Positions 26,840 through 39,850 of a stretch of DNA of 64,000 nucleotides are shown piece by piece. The notes below the pieces were generated by a model. That model made no database searches and was not told where the DNA came from. It saw only the letters and a list, made by a program, of their open reading frames with translations. The DNA is taken from contig OZ024745.1 of the NCBI GenBank assembly GCA_964016885.1, forward strand, positions 126,728,001-126,792,000, read 5' to 3'. Position numbers and translations under genes: made by a program. Each line of letters begins with the position of its first letter. Position 1 is the stretch's first letter. Source of the DNA: Eledone cirrhosa (taxonomy: Eukaryota).

Positions 26840-29358
26840 GATTGGTATTTATTTTTTAAAAAAAACTGAAAAAGAAAAAAAAAAATTTGTGAATTGAAAA
26901 TATTTGCAAACTTTTTGAAGAAAAATATACGATATTTCAAACATTGATACAAGGCTTTCTAATTTACAGACAAGGAGGATGAGATGTGAGAACAGTGCAC
27001 TTCCTATAAAATTATTAGCTTACCAGTAATTCCTCATTAATTTGATAACCATGTTAACCATAACCCTCTTGATATCAAACTGCCTGATACGACAGCTGGT
27101 TATATGATTAAAGAAAAAAAACTTTGCTTTAAAGAGTTCATAAATATAAACCTTCCCTTATAAATTCATGTAACTTAATAAATGAGAAAGTTAGTTATTT
27201 TACTAAATCCTTCCAAATTCTTTATTATTTTCAGAATTAATTGAAAGACATAAGCAGTGTATTTCATTAGAAATATAGTAACAAGTGTTAAATACTCTTC
27301 AGAATCAGAAAATACAGCAATATTGAAGAAGGTGCTGAGTCTATGAACAATTTGATTTATATTAGCTGGAATAGAATAAAGTACCAGTAATGCACTGAGT
27401 TAATTGTTGGCCTTCTGCCAAAAGTAGAAACAATTATACATACAATTCTATTTTCGCAGTAAAGTTTTTATCTCACATAATATTGAGTCTATGAGGTTTT
27501 GATATTATTTAATTAGACATAATACCTTAACATCAGTATGAGTGGCCAGTTACAGTCAGTTTAAACAGAAAAAAGTGAGAGATTCAGCTGGTTTAAATGC
27601 TAAAGGGTTAAAGAAAACAAAAGTAGGTTTCAAAGTACATCATTTATCTCAGTTGGTTGATGTATTTGACCAAGCAAGAACAGTATTGCTAGAAATGTGA
27701 CATAAGCTAACGATGATGATGATTTCTTACATAGTTCACAAAATTTAACCACCCTTGCTTCCAAAATACTAAGCTATTTATTTCAAAGTGCTTGTATTTA
27801 TCTCGAGACTTTCCATCAGAATTTTATGCAAGAACTTATGTTAAGTTATGTTCCAAACACCACCTTAACTCTTCAGCATTTGCCTTACTCTACATATACT
27901 ATTATATTTTCATGATAAAGGCTTTACCTCACATAATTATGTCACATGATGTCGAATCTGAGATTCTGATATTATTTATTTTGAGAACAATACTTTAACA
28001 TCAGTATAAGTGACCGGTTACAGCTAGTTTGAACAGAAAAGGTGAGAGAATTCTGGTCGGATATGTCAGGTTTAAATGCTAAAGGGTTAATAATGAGAAA
28101 GTTAGTTTTATTATCATACCAAATCCATCGAAATTTTTGATTATTTTCAAAATGATTTGAAAATCATCAGCAATGTTTTTCATTAAAAATAAGATAATGA
28201 AAGACCTCACTACTTGACAAGTACCAATTTTATCCATCCTGGAAATGGAAAATACAGTCAACTATAGTGAGATTTCAACCCAGAACTTGAATGAGCATAA
28301 CTAAATACTATTTTTTGAAATCATTTTTAATAGTTCATTCCAAAATATTGATGGAGTCAAATATTTTTGTAGGGTTTGAAATTAATTATTATTCATAGTG
28401 AACTGATACAACTCAACTAACTCTTCCTTTAACATGAATGCCCTAAACATCTAATATGCCATCTGTTTGCCTTGATTTCCGGATGTCAGTTTAAAGTATA
28501 TACATCTTCACATTCATACTTTATCTTAAATGCAAAGATGATAAATAATTTGTGTGATAGTTGTGATCTGGATTAAGATACCCAGATAATGTACAACATA
28601 CTTCCTGTAGTTTGCCTGTTCACTTCCTATAGATGTCTGAAAATGCTACTTAGAATCCAAAAGGAATTTACAAACTAAAACTAGTGATAGTGTTCGAATT
28701 ATGTTAGTAAATTAACAACATAGTCATAGTATGAGTTATGATATTGGGGTAAGGGAGCAGCTGGCATCATGTCCTACATATGTATCAACAATAAAAAGTG
28801 TTTTGCTAATTATATAATTTTTAAAAATTTATTAATCCATACATTTGTTATTACTTTCATATAAAATTAAGCTTTAAGAAACTAAATCGGGGTAAAATGT
28901 TCCAGGTTAGATACATGTCAGCTAGTTCACTAACCCTTTATCATTTACATTACTCTATACATACTTTGTATTTGTGCGGTAAAGGCTTTACCTCACATAA
29001 TATCGAATCTATGAGATTTTGATGATATTTATTTTGAAAACAATACATTAACATCAGTATGAGTGGCTAGTTATGGCCAGTTTGAACAGAAAGATGTGAG
29101 AGAATTCTGGCCAGATACAGTTTAAATGCTAAAGGGCTAAACAACTTTTATTGTAATAGGCCTTCTTTGTGTAACTAGTCACATGAAACAAGAGAGGAAA
29201 TAAGCAGTAGAATTCACATGAATAGAGTAGCAAAGATACTTCTTTGAGGATATGAATCATATGCAGTGATGTAGCTAGAATGTCTGCTGCCTGGAGCAGC
29301 CCTTCAGTTTGCCGCCCCAGGGCCCGCACAAAAAATACATATTGATCACTCTTAAAGT

Positions 29359-29393
<35 letters not shown>

Positions 29394-29512
29394 GGGGGGG
29401 GGGTTTAGAAGACTGGAAGGTAATACCCGTAGTGGTAGAGCACTCAGTCCATGGGACGAGTTAGGTAGAAGTGGTACAACAACAGTTAGTTCACCACACC
29501 GAGAACAATTGT

Positions 29513-29666
29513 TTCACCCTAGCGGATCCTGAGAGCAGACCTCAGATCGCTGAAACTCACCGAGGAGATGACGAAGGGCCGTGACAAGTGGAGAGATGCT
29601 GTGCTGAATAGGACCCATCCAACCCTTGCAAGCAGGGAAAAGCAGACGTAAAATGATGATGATGAT
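29513..29666 (+). mobile_element. Extreme 3' end of RTE LINE, the same sequence as the SINE B tail
   Basis: Translates as [37 protein letters not shown], followed by (TGA)n. Confidence 0.8.
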
Positions 29667-30619
29667 AATATATATATACATATATATACAGGGGAACAAG
29701 TGAAGGCTTCAAGAACATCATATTTGTCCATTCCCTTGTCGCTTTAACTTGGATTGCCTCAAAAACATACCCTTATTATGTAAGAAGCTGTCTTATGAGA
29801 TCATGGCACTGGGTATTAAGAATCGCGTGGCCACTGTCGTCATTGAAATATTTATCAAGGACTTTAACATCTGAAACTACTTCGCATTTTCTTATTCTAT
29901 ATATATATACATAAACTAGTCTGTGTACAATTATAATAGTATACAACAGCATTAAAAGAACGCTTAAAGTATTAATGATATAATATTAAATAGTGCCAAC
30001 TGAGAACTGAGATTTGTTCAGTAATACAATGTTGGTGATGGTTTCTAACAAAGTCATGACACTTCAAAATTAACAAGGGAAGGAAAATAAGGAGTTGTGA
30101 CATATATAATGTATGTATATATATATATGTGTGTATATATATATATGCAAACACTGTGACATGGTTGGCATTAGGAAGGGCATCCAGCAGTAGAAACCAA
30201 ACCAAAATACAGATCCGTATGAGCAAGATGTATTCTCTGCACCTGATTTGTTTCTGGAGACTTTAACATTAATGGTGATGTGGATAGGCTATATTTCTCA
30301 TGCAAGGAAGGTGGCTGGACCTAAAATGTATATTAACATCATATGTAACACTGAAGTAACATCTTCAACAGAAGAAAAAGGTCAGCAGCCATCTCTCCCA
30401 GGTTTATGAGTATGAAAATAATTGTTACTAGTTTAGGCACAAGGCCAGCAATTACCCAGTGCATTACTGGTACTTTATTTTATCGACCCCGTAAGGATGA
30501 AAGGCAAAGTCAACCTCGGCGGGATTTGAACTCGGATCGTAAAGGGACTATGAAAATAATAATGTTAGAATAACCACTGATCTAGAGGTGAGGTATGAAA
30601 GTAAACATCATACAAATCT

Positions 30620-30960
30620 TTCTCCAGAAACATTAGAAGGCTATACTCAATGCTCAAACAAAATAAAAAAGATGGACCAATTCACTGAGAAGGTTGTATG
30701 TGGGTTCTTGAGACAAAAAAACATTGACCATAGAAGGAATAAAACATACTATAATTCTGACATGGAGTTCCAACAAGTTCATAATATCCTACCTTGAAAT
30801 ATACCTGCATGCAATCCAGGAACAAAAAATCCTCACCAAGTACTTACACAAAACAGAATGGACATCAGTTGACAATAAATGTAAGCTGTGCAAAACAAAT
30901 ATTGGACATATTAGCCACATTGTTGTCAACTGTGAAAGGATGTCTTCTCATTATGGTTAT
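30620..30960 (+). mobile_element. R4/Dong-like non-LTR element fragment (CCHC knuckle region)
   Basis: HAIQEQ...CKLCKTNIGHISHIVVNC resembles the AxQxQ...CRxC...HIxxxC motif of RLE-clade elements. Confidence 0.6.
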
Positions 30961-31004
30961 GTGAAAGGATGTCTTCTCAGAATGGTTTCAATTTAACACC
31001 ATTT

Positions 31005-31136
31005 ATCTGAACACAAATACTCGGGCACTCGTATAGAGACATCACGCAACAAGAAGCTGACCATCGATCTATCTGAACACAAATACTCGGGCACTCGTAT
31101 AGAGACATCACGCAACAAGAAGCTGACCATCGATCC
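31005..31136. repeat. Exact tandem duplication, ~66-bp unit
   Basis: ATCTGAACACAAATACTCGGGCAC...GCTGACCATCGATC present twice. Confidence 0.9.
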
Positions 31137-31199
31137 CATACTCATGCAGAACCTTCCACAGCAGGTCCCGAGGATTGCAATCATATACACTTTCGAGGT

Positions 31200-31407
31200 C
31201 TACAAAACAAGAATATACCTATTGGATGAAATAGTATCTGCGTATCTAGTTCTAACTTCCTTACCCACCAATGCTTCCCACTTTCTCCCGTAGGTCACTC
31301 TGGAGCCTCTAGTTTTGTGGGCTCCTTTGTCTTTATGTAGTCTCAAGTAGCAGCTAATTAGATGGTGATCAGATGACAGCTCAGCCCCTCTCTTAACACA
31401 AACATCC
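31200..31407 (-). mobile_element. RTE LINE AP-endonuclease C-terminal fragment
   Basis: [17 protein letters not shown] (SDH motif). Confidence 0.75.
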
Positions 31408-31457
31408 ATACACACACACATACATATATATATGTATGTGTGTGTACATCCATGTAC

Positions 31458-31512
<55 letters not shown>

Positions 31513-32563
31513 CAATTCGAGACCCCGACGGCTGAACTCCTGTCGTTTCAACAGCATTAAAAATATATTTTCAAGAGAATTTAAAGAATTTAGATCGTTG
31601 TTGACTACTGAAATTATCTAAGTCATCAACAAAATATCAAAACACATCACATTCGATATTTCAGTCTTCAGGAGACTATATTATTAGAATTGGTAAAACA
31701 AGAAAGAAATATGTGGATCTTGTTTGTAATAACGTACTTAGTTTGAAAATTAAAAAAGAGAATTCTACATGTATTTCCTGTCCGGTAATAATCTGTGATA
31801 GAGCATTCCAAGACTGCTGAGTATCATTTAAATTTAACAGGCTATTGCTATTCTATTTTCAGCATTAATTAGAATAGTTCGTAGTAAATGCTAATATTAT
31901 TTTAAGGAAAGCTAGAGAAGAGAGCATAAAAATAAAACCGTGAACAAAAACAAACAATTAGGGTCCCAAGTCATTTAGACAGATAAGTACACAAATATAT
32001 CTTAAATAAACAAATAATATCTAATTTTCATTTGACATGACATTCATCAATTTAAAAAAAAATATGTAGTTAGTCTCAATTTAAACCTTAACAAAAAGTA
32101 AATTCTAAATAAACTACATGTACATCGATGGTGTTCGGGAAAAGTATGTATAGGGCAAAACAGTAGGGTCCGATAAAGCTAGAACAGGATGTCTGCGTCA
32201 GCAATTAACAAGTATAAACAATTCAAAAGTGTAATAAATTATAATACCGGGCAGAAGGGGGCAGTAGTACCCATTGTTTTAACGAGGAAGGGGGACTACT
32301 TAATAGAAACGTTAGTTTATCCCTCTACTTCACTACTAATAAATTTATTAGACTTTTGGGCTAATATAGAGGCCTTACCCAACAACCGACCACAACGCAG
32401 AAGCTTTGTCGGCAAAGATACTCTAAAAAACTAAAATAATCAACTTCGTCTACAATTCCTGACACTAGGTGAAGTTACAATCACAGTAAATAACATAATG
32501 GATAGAATTAATAACAATGGCAAGAAATAGGGGGCTAAAGAAATTATAAGCTCAGCAATTTAC

Positions 32564-32605
32564 CTTCTTGTGTTTTAATTCACGTCAACCACCTTCAGAC
32601 ATCCA
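32564..32605 (-). other. EXT2: Candidate non-coding first exon of EXT2 (5' end approximate)
   Basis: AAG|GTAAAT donor at 32563 just downstream of the promoter motifs; the coding exon has a good acceptor and needs an upstream exon. Confidence 0.45.
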
Positions 32606-32640
32606 TTTCCGGTGTGACGTCAAATAGATGCGCGCGCATC
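32605..32640. promoter_or_regulatory. Core of a putative bidirectional EXT2/DAGLA promoter
   Basis: ETS site ACCGGAAAT (minus, 32605-32613), full CRE TGACGTCA (32615-32622) and 14-bp palindrome GATGCGCGCGCATC (32627-32640), in a local CpG enrichment between divergent genes. Confidence 0.7.
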
Positions 32641-32649
32641 GTAAGTAGC

Positions 32650-32746
32650 AAAGCAGACGACTGCCATCGACTTATCTGCCAGTGAGAGCAGCAAGCACTT
32701 CGCTTGCTGCAAACCAGCTTTGCTTTGATTTCTAGGGGAAAGCAAG
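32650..32746 (+). other. DAGLA: Candidate non-coding first exon of DAGLA (5' end approximate)
   Basis: AAG|GTAAAA donor at 32747; candidate branch CTAAAT at 32961 and TTCTAG acceptor ending 32991 before the coding exon. Confidence 0.35.
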
Positions 32747-33020
32747 GTAAAACACTGAATACTAATATCAACAACAACTAGCTCCTCCGCCACTTTCATA
32801 AATAAAACCAGGAATAAAAGAAGAAAGCGTAAATCAAAGTATCCAAAATACCTATACATTCTAACCATCACCATGGATTTATTTCGAAGACACTACTACC
32901 AAGCTCTTTCGGAAAGATTTTCGCCTACAATATGAAAGGATGAAATAATATTAAGAAAAACTAAATGCATATATATTTACCGATGTTCTAGGCGTCTGAA
33001 TAAAACAATCTGTTACCACG

Positions 33021-33115
33021 ATGCCTGGCTTAGTAGTGTTTAAACGTAGATGGTCCATCGGATCCGACGATCTTGTTGTACCTGCCGTCATCATGATTGT
33101 CGTGCATCTTGTATG
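33021..33115 (+). CDS. DAGLA: sn1-specific diacylglycerol lipase alpha, first coding exon
   Basis: MPGLVVFKRRWSIGSDDLVVPAVIMIVVHLV(W) vs human DAGLA MPGIVVFRRRWSVGSDDLVLPAIFLFLLHTTW; 95 coding nt then TG|GTAAGA donor; closer to DAGLA than to DAGLB. Confidence 0.92.
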
Positions 33116-33381
33116 GTAAGACATTTATTTCTTTATGACTTTCCAATATAACACTCACACAGACACACACATACACACTCACACACACTCAGACACAGGC
33201 ACGCGCACACACACTCAGACGACACGCACTGTGACACAGACACGCACTCACACACGTTCTGCATTTATTAATTTAAATGAAAGCCACTTTCTATCACCCT
33301 CTATCTATTTATCGATATATCTATATCTATTTATCTTTTCTATCTATCTATCTATTTTACCCTGTGCTTTCTCTAGTTTTC

Positions 33382-33385
<4 letters not shown>

Positions 33386-33432
<47 letters not shown>

Positions 33433-33500
33433 TGTCTGTTTGTGTGTGCCTGCGTGTATGTGTATATATATATATATGTGTGTGTGTATGTGTGAGTGTG

Positions 33501-33535
<35 letters not shown>

Positions 33536-33834
33536 ATGAGTGTGTACATATATGTGTGTGTGTGTGTGTATGCGTGTGTACATATATGTGTGTGTGTGTA
33601 TGAGTGTGTACATATGTGTGTGTATGTGTGAGTGTACATATATATATATGTGTGTGTGTAAGTGTGTACATATATGTGTGTGTGTAAGTGTGTACATATA
33701 TATATGTGTGTGAGTGTGTACATATATATATATATGTTTGTGTATGAGTGTGTACATATATATACATATATATGTGTGTGTGTACGAGTGTGTACATATA
33801 TATACATATATATGTGTGTGTGTGTGTGTATGAG

Positions 33835-33879
<45 letters not shown>

Positions 33880-33963
33880 ATGTGTGAGTGTATATATATA
33901 TATATATGTGTGTGTGTATGAGTGTGTACATTAATATATATATATGTGTGTGTGTATGTGTGA

Positions 33964-34012
<49 letters not shown>

Positions 34013-34040
34013 AGTGTGTACATATATATATATGTGTGTA
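33386..34040. repeat. Compound (TA)n/(TG)n minisatellite with GAGTGTGTACA punctuation
   Basis: Direct inspection. Confidence 0.9.
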
Positions 34041-34154
34041 TAGTGTGACAATCTATGTTTGAGTGTTGGTAAACCAGATAATTTTCTCATGCCTAAACAT
34101 TTTGTGTGGTTGCCATTAGTCAACCATACTCATCGATGTCTCTGAAATTATAAT

Positions 34155-34185
<31 letters not shown>

Positions 34186-34371
34186 ACACATATGTGTGGG
34201 GAGAGATTTGAAATACGTATATATTTATATAAAGATATATATATACACACATACATACACATATGTATACTGAACACAAAATTGATTCCTTCTGTGACAT
34301 GAACCTAGTATACATCAGTATATGTGCATTAATGTATGTATGTATGTTTGTGTGTGTATATATATATATAT

Positions 34372-34411
<40 letters not shown>

Positions 34412-34417
<6 letters not shown>

Positions 34418-34584
34418 GGTTACACAACAGTTAATTCACCATTCAACTATATATATATATATAGTAATAATAATAAATGTGAAGACTAAAATGGGAAGAG
34501 GGCTCGATAAGGATAATATATATATATATATATATTATCCTTATCGAGCCCTCTTCCCATTTTAGTCTTCACATTTATTATTAT

Positions 34585-34627
<43 letters not shown>

Positions 34628-34673
34628 CCTTATCGAGCCCTCTTCCCATTTTAGTCTTCACATTTATTATTAT

Positions 34674-34719
<46 letters not shown>

Positions 34720-34752
34720 CGATGGTGAACTAACTGTTGTGTAACCACTTCT
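34412..34752. repeat. Nested inverted-repeat array A-(TA)n-B-(TA)n-B'-(TA)n-B'-(TA)n-A'
   Basis: B' = ATTATCCTTATCGAGCCCTCTTCCCATTTTAGTCTTCACATTTATTATTATTACT, matching the tail of the 7079 element; A = AGAAGTGGTTACACAACAGTTA..., also seen at ~29467. Confidence 0.85.
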
Positions 34753-35280
34753 ATATATATATAGAATGGTATTCTATTAAAAAATGGAATAGAACCAGAA
34801 TGAAAGTAAGCTACTCAAAATATCAATTAGGAAATATACTATATTTTATTGAGAAGTGACTCTTACAGGTGTAATTCATTTTCATTTTGTGAAGAAATCA
34901 TTTAATTTGTGAAGAAATCATTTAATTTCTTCATTGAATGAAGCATAATTAGTCCTGTAAAACTCACCACACCTAATAAAATAAGAATATGACTATTTAT
35001 GTATGTGTATGTATCTATCCATGTATGTGTATGTAAATATATATGTGTGTGTGTGTTATATGATACATATATATATGTGTATAGTATGTCATAAATATGT
35101 ATATACATACATGCACACACACACAAGCAGGGAAAAGCGGATGTAAAATGATGATGATGATATTATATGATATCTATACGTTATATGATATATATATGTG
35201 TATATATATATGTGTATATGTGTATGTTTATACCTTGATTAAATCTTAACCATTTAACATCTCAGGGTATGTCATGTATC

Positions 35281-35343
35281 ATTATATCTTGTCTGATGAG
35301 GATGTACTTTTGTACCTCTGAAATATGTATAATAAAATTTAAT
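35281..35343 (+). ncRNA. Minimal type I hammerhead ribozyme, partly degenerate
   Basis: AUUAUAUCUUGU-CUGAUGA-GGAUGUAC-UUUU-GUACCUCU-GAA-AU-AUGU-AU-A-AUAAAAUUUAAU; two stem I mismatches and one in stem II. Confidence 0.65.
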
Positions 35344-35395
35344 TGATCAAAAGAACATCTATTTTATTAATATTTTTATTTTAATATATATATAT

Positions 35396-35567
35396 ATAGG
35401 AAAATGTATGACCCCGACGACAGAGCTCAAGCCGTTCTTCTCTCGTCGAAACGGCTTGAGCTCTGCCATCGGGGTCAAACATTTTCCTATTACCCACTCT
35501 ACTAACCTAAGTATTGAGTACTCTGGTGCGTTGTGGTCCATCTGGTTCCTTACCACAACTCCTTCGT
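35396..35567 (+). mobile_element. Palindromic hammerhead-3'-half element (family of 6788)
   Basis: Inverted repeat 35396-35490, then TATTGAGTACTCT and 3' end TACCACAACTCCTTCGT running into (TG)n. Confidence 0.7.
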
Positions 35568-35598
35568 GTGTGTGTGTGTATATATATATATTAAAATA

Positions 35599-35938
35599 GA
35601 GGCACATGGCTTAGTGGTTAGAGCATTGGCCTTGCAATCGAAAGGTTGTGAGTTATTGAACTCTCAGACCGGGTGATGTGTTGTTTCCTTGAGCAAGACA
35701 CTTTATTTCACATTGCTCCAGTTTACTTAGCTGTAGAAATGAGATGATAGGGACTGCGGTCCCTATCATTCCACTGCAAAGTGGTCGTGTAGGTGCCACG
35801 GCAAAAAAGCACCCAGCACTCACTGTAAATGAGGTTGGTGTTAGGAAGGGCATCCAGCTGTAGAAATCATGCCAGAATCAGTTCCCATCCCATCCTTGCA
35901 AGCAGGGAAAAGTGGACGTAAAATGAAATGATGATGAT
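35599..35938 (+). mobile_element. SINE family B, full length
   Basis: tRNA-like head GGCACATGGCTTAGTGGTTAGAGC, CORE/Meta-like TTCCTTGAGCAAGACACTTTA, RTE-like tail ending in (TGA)n. Confidence 0.85.
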
Positions 35939-36121
35939 ATATATATATGGGCTTTCTTTTTATAACAAGCTGAATGAGTTAGGGTGTATAACCCAACTAA
36001 ACTTCAGTATCTGTTTATGTGACTGTTGTAACATAATATATATATCATCATCATATATATATATATATATTTATATATATTATATATATATATTTATACA
36101 TATATATATATATATACACAT

Positions 36122-36158
<37 letters not shown>

Positions 36159-36582
36159 ATACATGTTTATATAATTGTAGATTATAGTGCATTGACCAAT
36201 TTCTAACCAAAAAATTGTCATCTTTTCCTCACTCCACCACTACTAAGCAGAGAAGGGAATAGTCAATATTTATTGCGAGCTTTTATTTCTTATAAAGATG
36301 GCAAGAATTCTCTTTTTATGACATTGCTTAACTTTTATAGTTTTCTCTGACATGTGACCATAAATTTAGATCACTGTATCTTTCTATTGCTATATATCTA
36401 CCTTCTCATCTGTGATATATGACTGGATGTAGATGTGACAGTGGGTATGATGAATATCAATCAATACATCTTTCCAGGTATGTACACTCTCTCAACGATA
36501 CACATAAATACGTGTATTGGTGTATGTATGGCGTAGTTTCTAACACACACACGCACACACATGCATGCACTATCATCTTCAT

Positions 36583-36918
<336 letters not shown>

Positions 36919-37101
36919 TCAATATAAAGAGTTGTGTGTTCATGCACAGAGATGCTCTAAAATAGCTTATAAAATAGGCTGAAGATCTTTAGAGGCCCTT
37001 AGAAGTTGACATTGGTTGCTATCAGGAATCAGATTTTGTATCTGCCAGATACCAGATAGACACCTTGAACTAAGGGGTCATGACAACTCTTATTATCTTA
37101 A

Positions 37102-37545
37102 CACTTTAGCATTTACATTACTCTATAAATACTATTATATTTTCATGGTAAACATTTTACTTCACATAATTATCTCACATAATACCGAATCTATGAGATT
37201 ATGCTATGGTTTATTTTGAAAACAATACCTTAACCCTTTAATGTTCAAACCGTCCAAAACCGGCCAGAATTCTCTACCTCTTTCTATTGAAACTGGCTGT
37301 AACTGGTCGCGCAAACTGATGTTAAGGTATTGTTCTCAAAATAAATACTTTCAAAATCTCATAGATTCAATATTATGCGAGATATTATGTGAGGTAAAGT
37401 TTTTACCATGAAAATATAATAGTATATATAGAGTAAAGTGAATGCTAAAGGGTTAACATAAATATGAGCATCTCGTTATGGCTGGTTTGAACAGAAAGGA
37501 GTGAGACAATTCTGGCTGAGTATAGCCGGTTTAGATACTAAAGGG
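37102..37545. mobile_element. piggyBac-like MITE with a second copy nested at an internal TTAA (inner 37234-37452, opposite orientation)
   Basis: TTAA duplicated at 37230-37233 and 37453-37456; the outer halves rejoin to the family consensus. Confidence 0.85.
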
Positions 37546-37797
37546 TTAAATTAGATAGCTGAATCACAGCTTTTGAAATGTAAACAAATATCATATACAT
37601 AACTGATCGCTCATATTTTTACAAAACACTGAGGGGATAAAATAACTATAAAGAGTGGTGCAATCATGCACAGAGATGCTATAAAATAGAGTGAAGACCC
37701 TTAGAGACAGAAAATAAAGTTGCTATTGGCTGCTTCAAGGAATCAAACTCGTATCTCCCAGATACTAGCTCAGCATTGTGAACCATTATATATACAT

Positions 37798-38083
37798 ATT
37801 TAGTAGAAATAGAAACTTTCGCCATGTTTTTGACTAAAGAAATCTTTTAGCCTGGTAGTAGGGTTTAAAACCCTCTAAAAATTGAAAAGGATGAGTATTG
37901 ACATACATGAGTATTGACATACATGAGTATTGACTCCCATGTACGTCAATACTCATCCTTTTACATTTTTAGAGGGTCTTAATCCCTACTATCAGGCTAA
38001 AAAACTTCTTTAGTAGAAAATACAGTGAAAGCTTCTATTTCTACTAAATTTCAAACTTTACTTGCTGTTTCAAAACAAACTTG
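37798..38083 (+). mobile_element. Fold-back element: ~105-bp imperfect arms plus an asymmetric 3' tail
   Basis: Arms within 37798-38049; central 17-bp unit repeated; tail TTCAAACTTT.CTTGCTGTTTCAAAACAAACTTG; second copy at 40682. Confidence 0.8.
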
Positions 38084-38090
38084 ATTTGTC

Positions 38091-38133
<43 letters not shown>

Positions 38134-38454
38134 CGTGTGGTGGTACCACCAGAAAACAGACCTGGTAAATGCCGTGAAGTGGTTGGCCTTAGAAAGGGCA
38201 TCCAACCATAGAAACCATGCTGAAATGGAACATAGAAGCAAGACACAGTTGTCTGACCTGCATGTCTAACCACAGAGGATGGCAACCTGTTTAACCCATA
38301 CAAGCATAAAATGGTCATGGTGATATATATATATATATATATACATATATATGTGCAGTAACTCTTTTTGAGAATTTCATGATCTGGTCCATATCTCCCT
38401 CTTTCTCTCTCTCTCTATATATATATACATATATACATAGAGAGAGAGAGAAAG

Positions 38455-39850
38455 AGGGAGATATGGACCAGATCATGAAAGTCTCAGAAAGAGTTACTGC
38501 ACAGCTGATTATGGACCAAGTTAACAGATTTGAGATGCTGTTTGGATTTGTGCTAGATATAAGTACCACTGATGCACTCTTCCTTGTGAGGCAACTGCAG
38601 GGGAAAGTACCTAGCCAAAAGCATTTGTTGACTTGGAGAAAGCTTTTGACAGAGTCCCCTCTTCCATAATCTGGTAAGCTCTTAGAAAGCTGGGGGTAGA
38701 TGAGAAGCTTATGAAGGAGATACAAGCCGTGTACAGAAACAATCAGCAAGGTTAGAATTAACAATGATTATAGTAAGGAATTTAATGTACAAGTAGGAAT
38801 CCATCAGGGCTCTGCTCTTAGCTCTCTCCAGTATATTATCATCCAGCAGGCTATATCAGAAGAGTTTAAGACTGGCTGCTTATGAGAACCCCTATATGCC
38901 AATGATCTACCACACATAGCTGAATCTATGGAAAAATTAGGGAAGAAATTGCAAACCTGGAAGCATAGCTTAAAAGCAAAAGGTTTTAAAGTCAACTTGA
39001 CAAAGACTAAACTCCTCATAAATAGAAGGGAAACAAGGTCCAGATCCCTTCAGGGAAATGGCCTTGCTTAGTGTGCAGGAAAGGAGTGGGTAAAAATTCC
39101 ATCCCATGTCCTAAATGCAAACTATGGGTACACAAGGGATGCTGTGGGATCTCAGACAGACTAACAAAGAATGTAGGTTTTATATGTGGTTGATGCACAG
39201 AAGCAGTTAGCAGCAAGAGCTCTCAGGACATAAGCTCCTTTAAATAATTAGAGGGCTCTGTAGAAGTAGTTGATAGCATCTGTTACCTGAGTGACCAAAT
39301 TAACAGTGGAGCTGGGTGTTCTCAGAGTTCAGTAGCCAGAGTGAGAACGGGAAGTAAAAAGTTCAGGGAGTTACTATTGCTGCTAGCTACAAAAGATTTC
39401 TCTTCAAAATGAGCAGCAGATTATATGACACTTGTGTATGAACAGTAATGTTGCATGGAAGTGAGACCTAGGCAGTGTGTGCAGAGGACTTACAAAGATT
39501 GGAAAGAAACAAAGTTTGCATGCCTCAATGGATGTGCAATAGTAGAGTACACGAATGACAAAGCATCAATGATCTGAGAGAAAAACTGGGGATAAGAGGG
39601 GTCATATACTGTGTGCAGGAGAGAAGATTGTAGTGGTATTGATGTGTGATGTGTAAGGAGGATGACAGTTTTATAAAAAGATGCAATGTGTTCAAAGTCA
39701 ATGCAAACTATGGAAGAGGAAGGCGTAGGAAAGCTTGAGATAAAGTGATGAATGCTGACCTTGCCCAATTAAACCTCACAACAGAGATGACACAGAATTG
39801 GGATCTCTGTCATACTGCTGCATTGCAGAAGACCTGTCATCTCATGTGCT
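38455..39850 (+). mobile_element. RTE/BovB-like LINE reverse transcriptase, 5'-truncated, many stops
   Basis: FGF...STTDALFLVRQLQ, FVDLEKAFDRVP, VGIHQGSALS, LYANDL, and a C-terminal GR.RK motif. Confidence 0.9.

Noticed and set aside
28135-28175. CTGATGA...GAAA on the minus strand
   Set aside because: No stem III/NUH or stem I; it is part of a recurrent TGATTTTCAAAT..TTTGAAAATAATC transposon motif.
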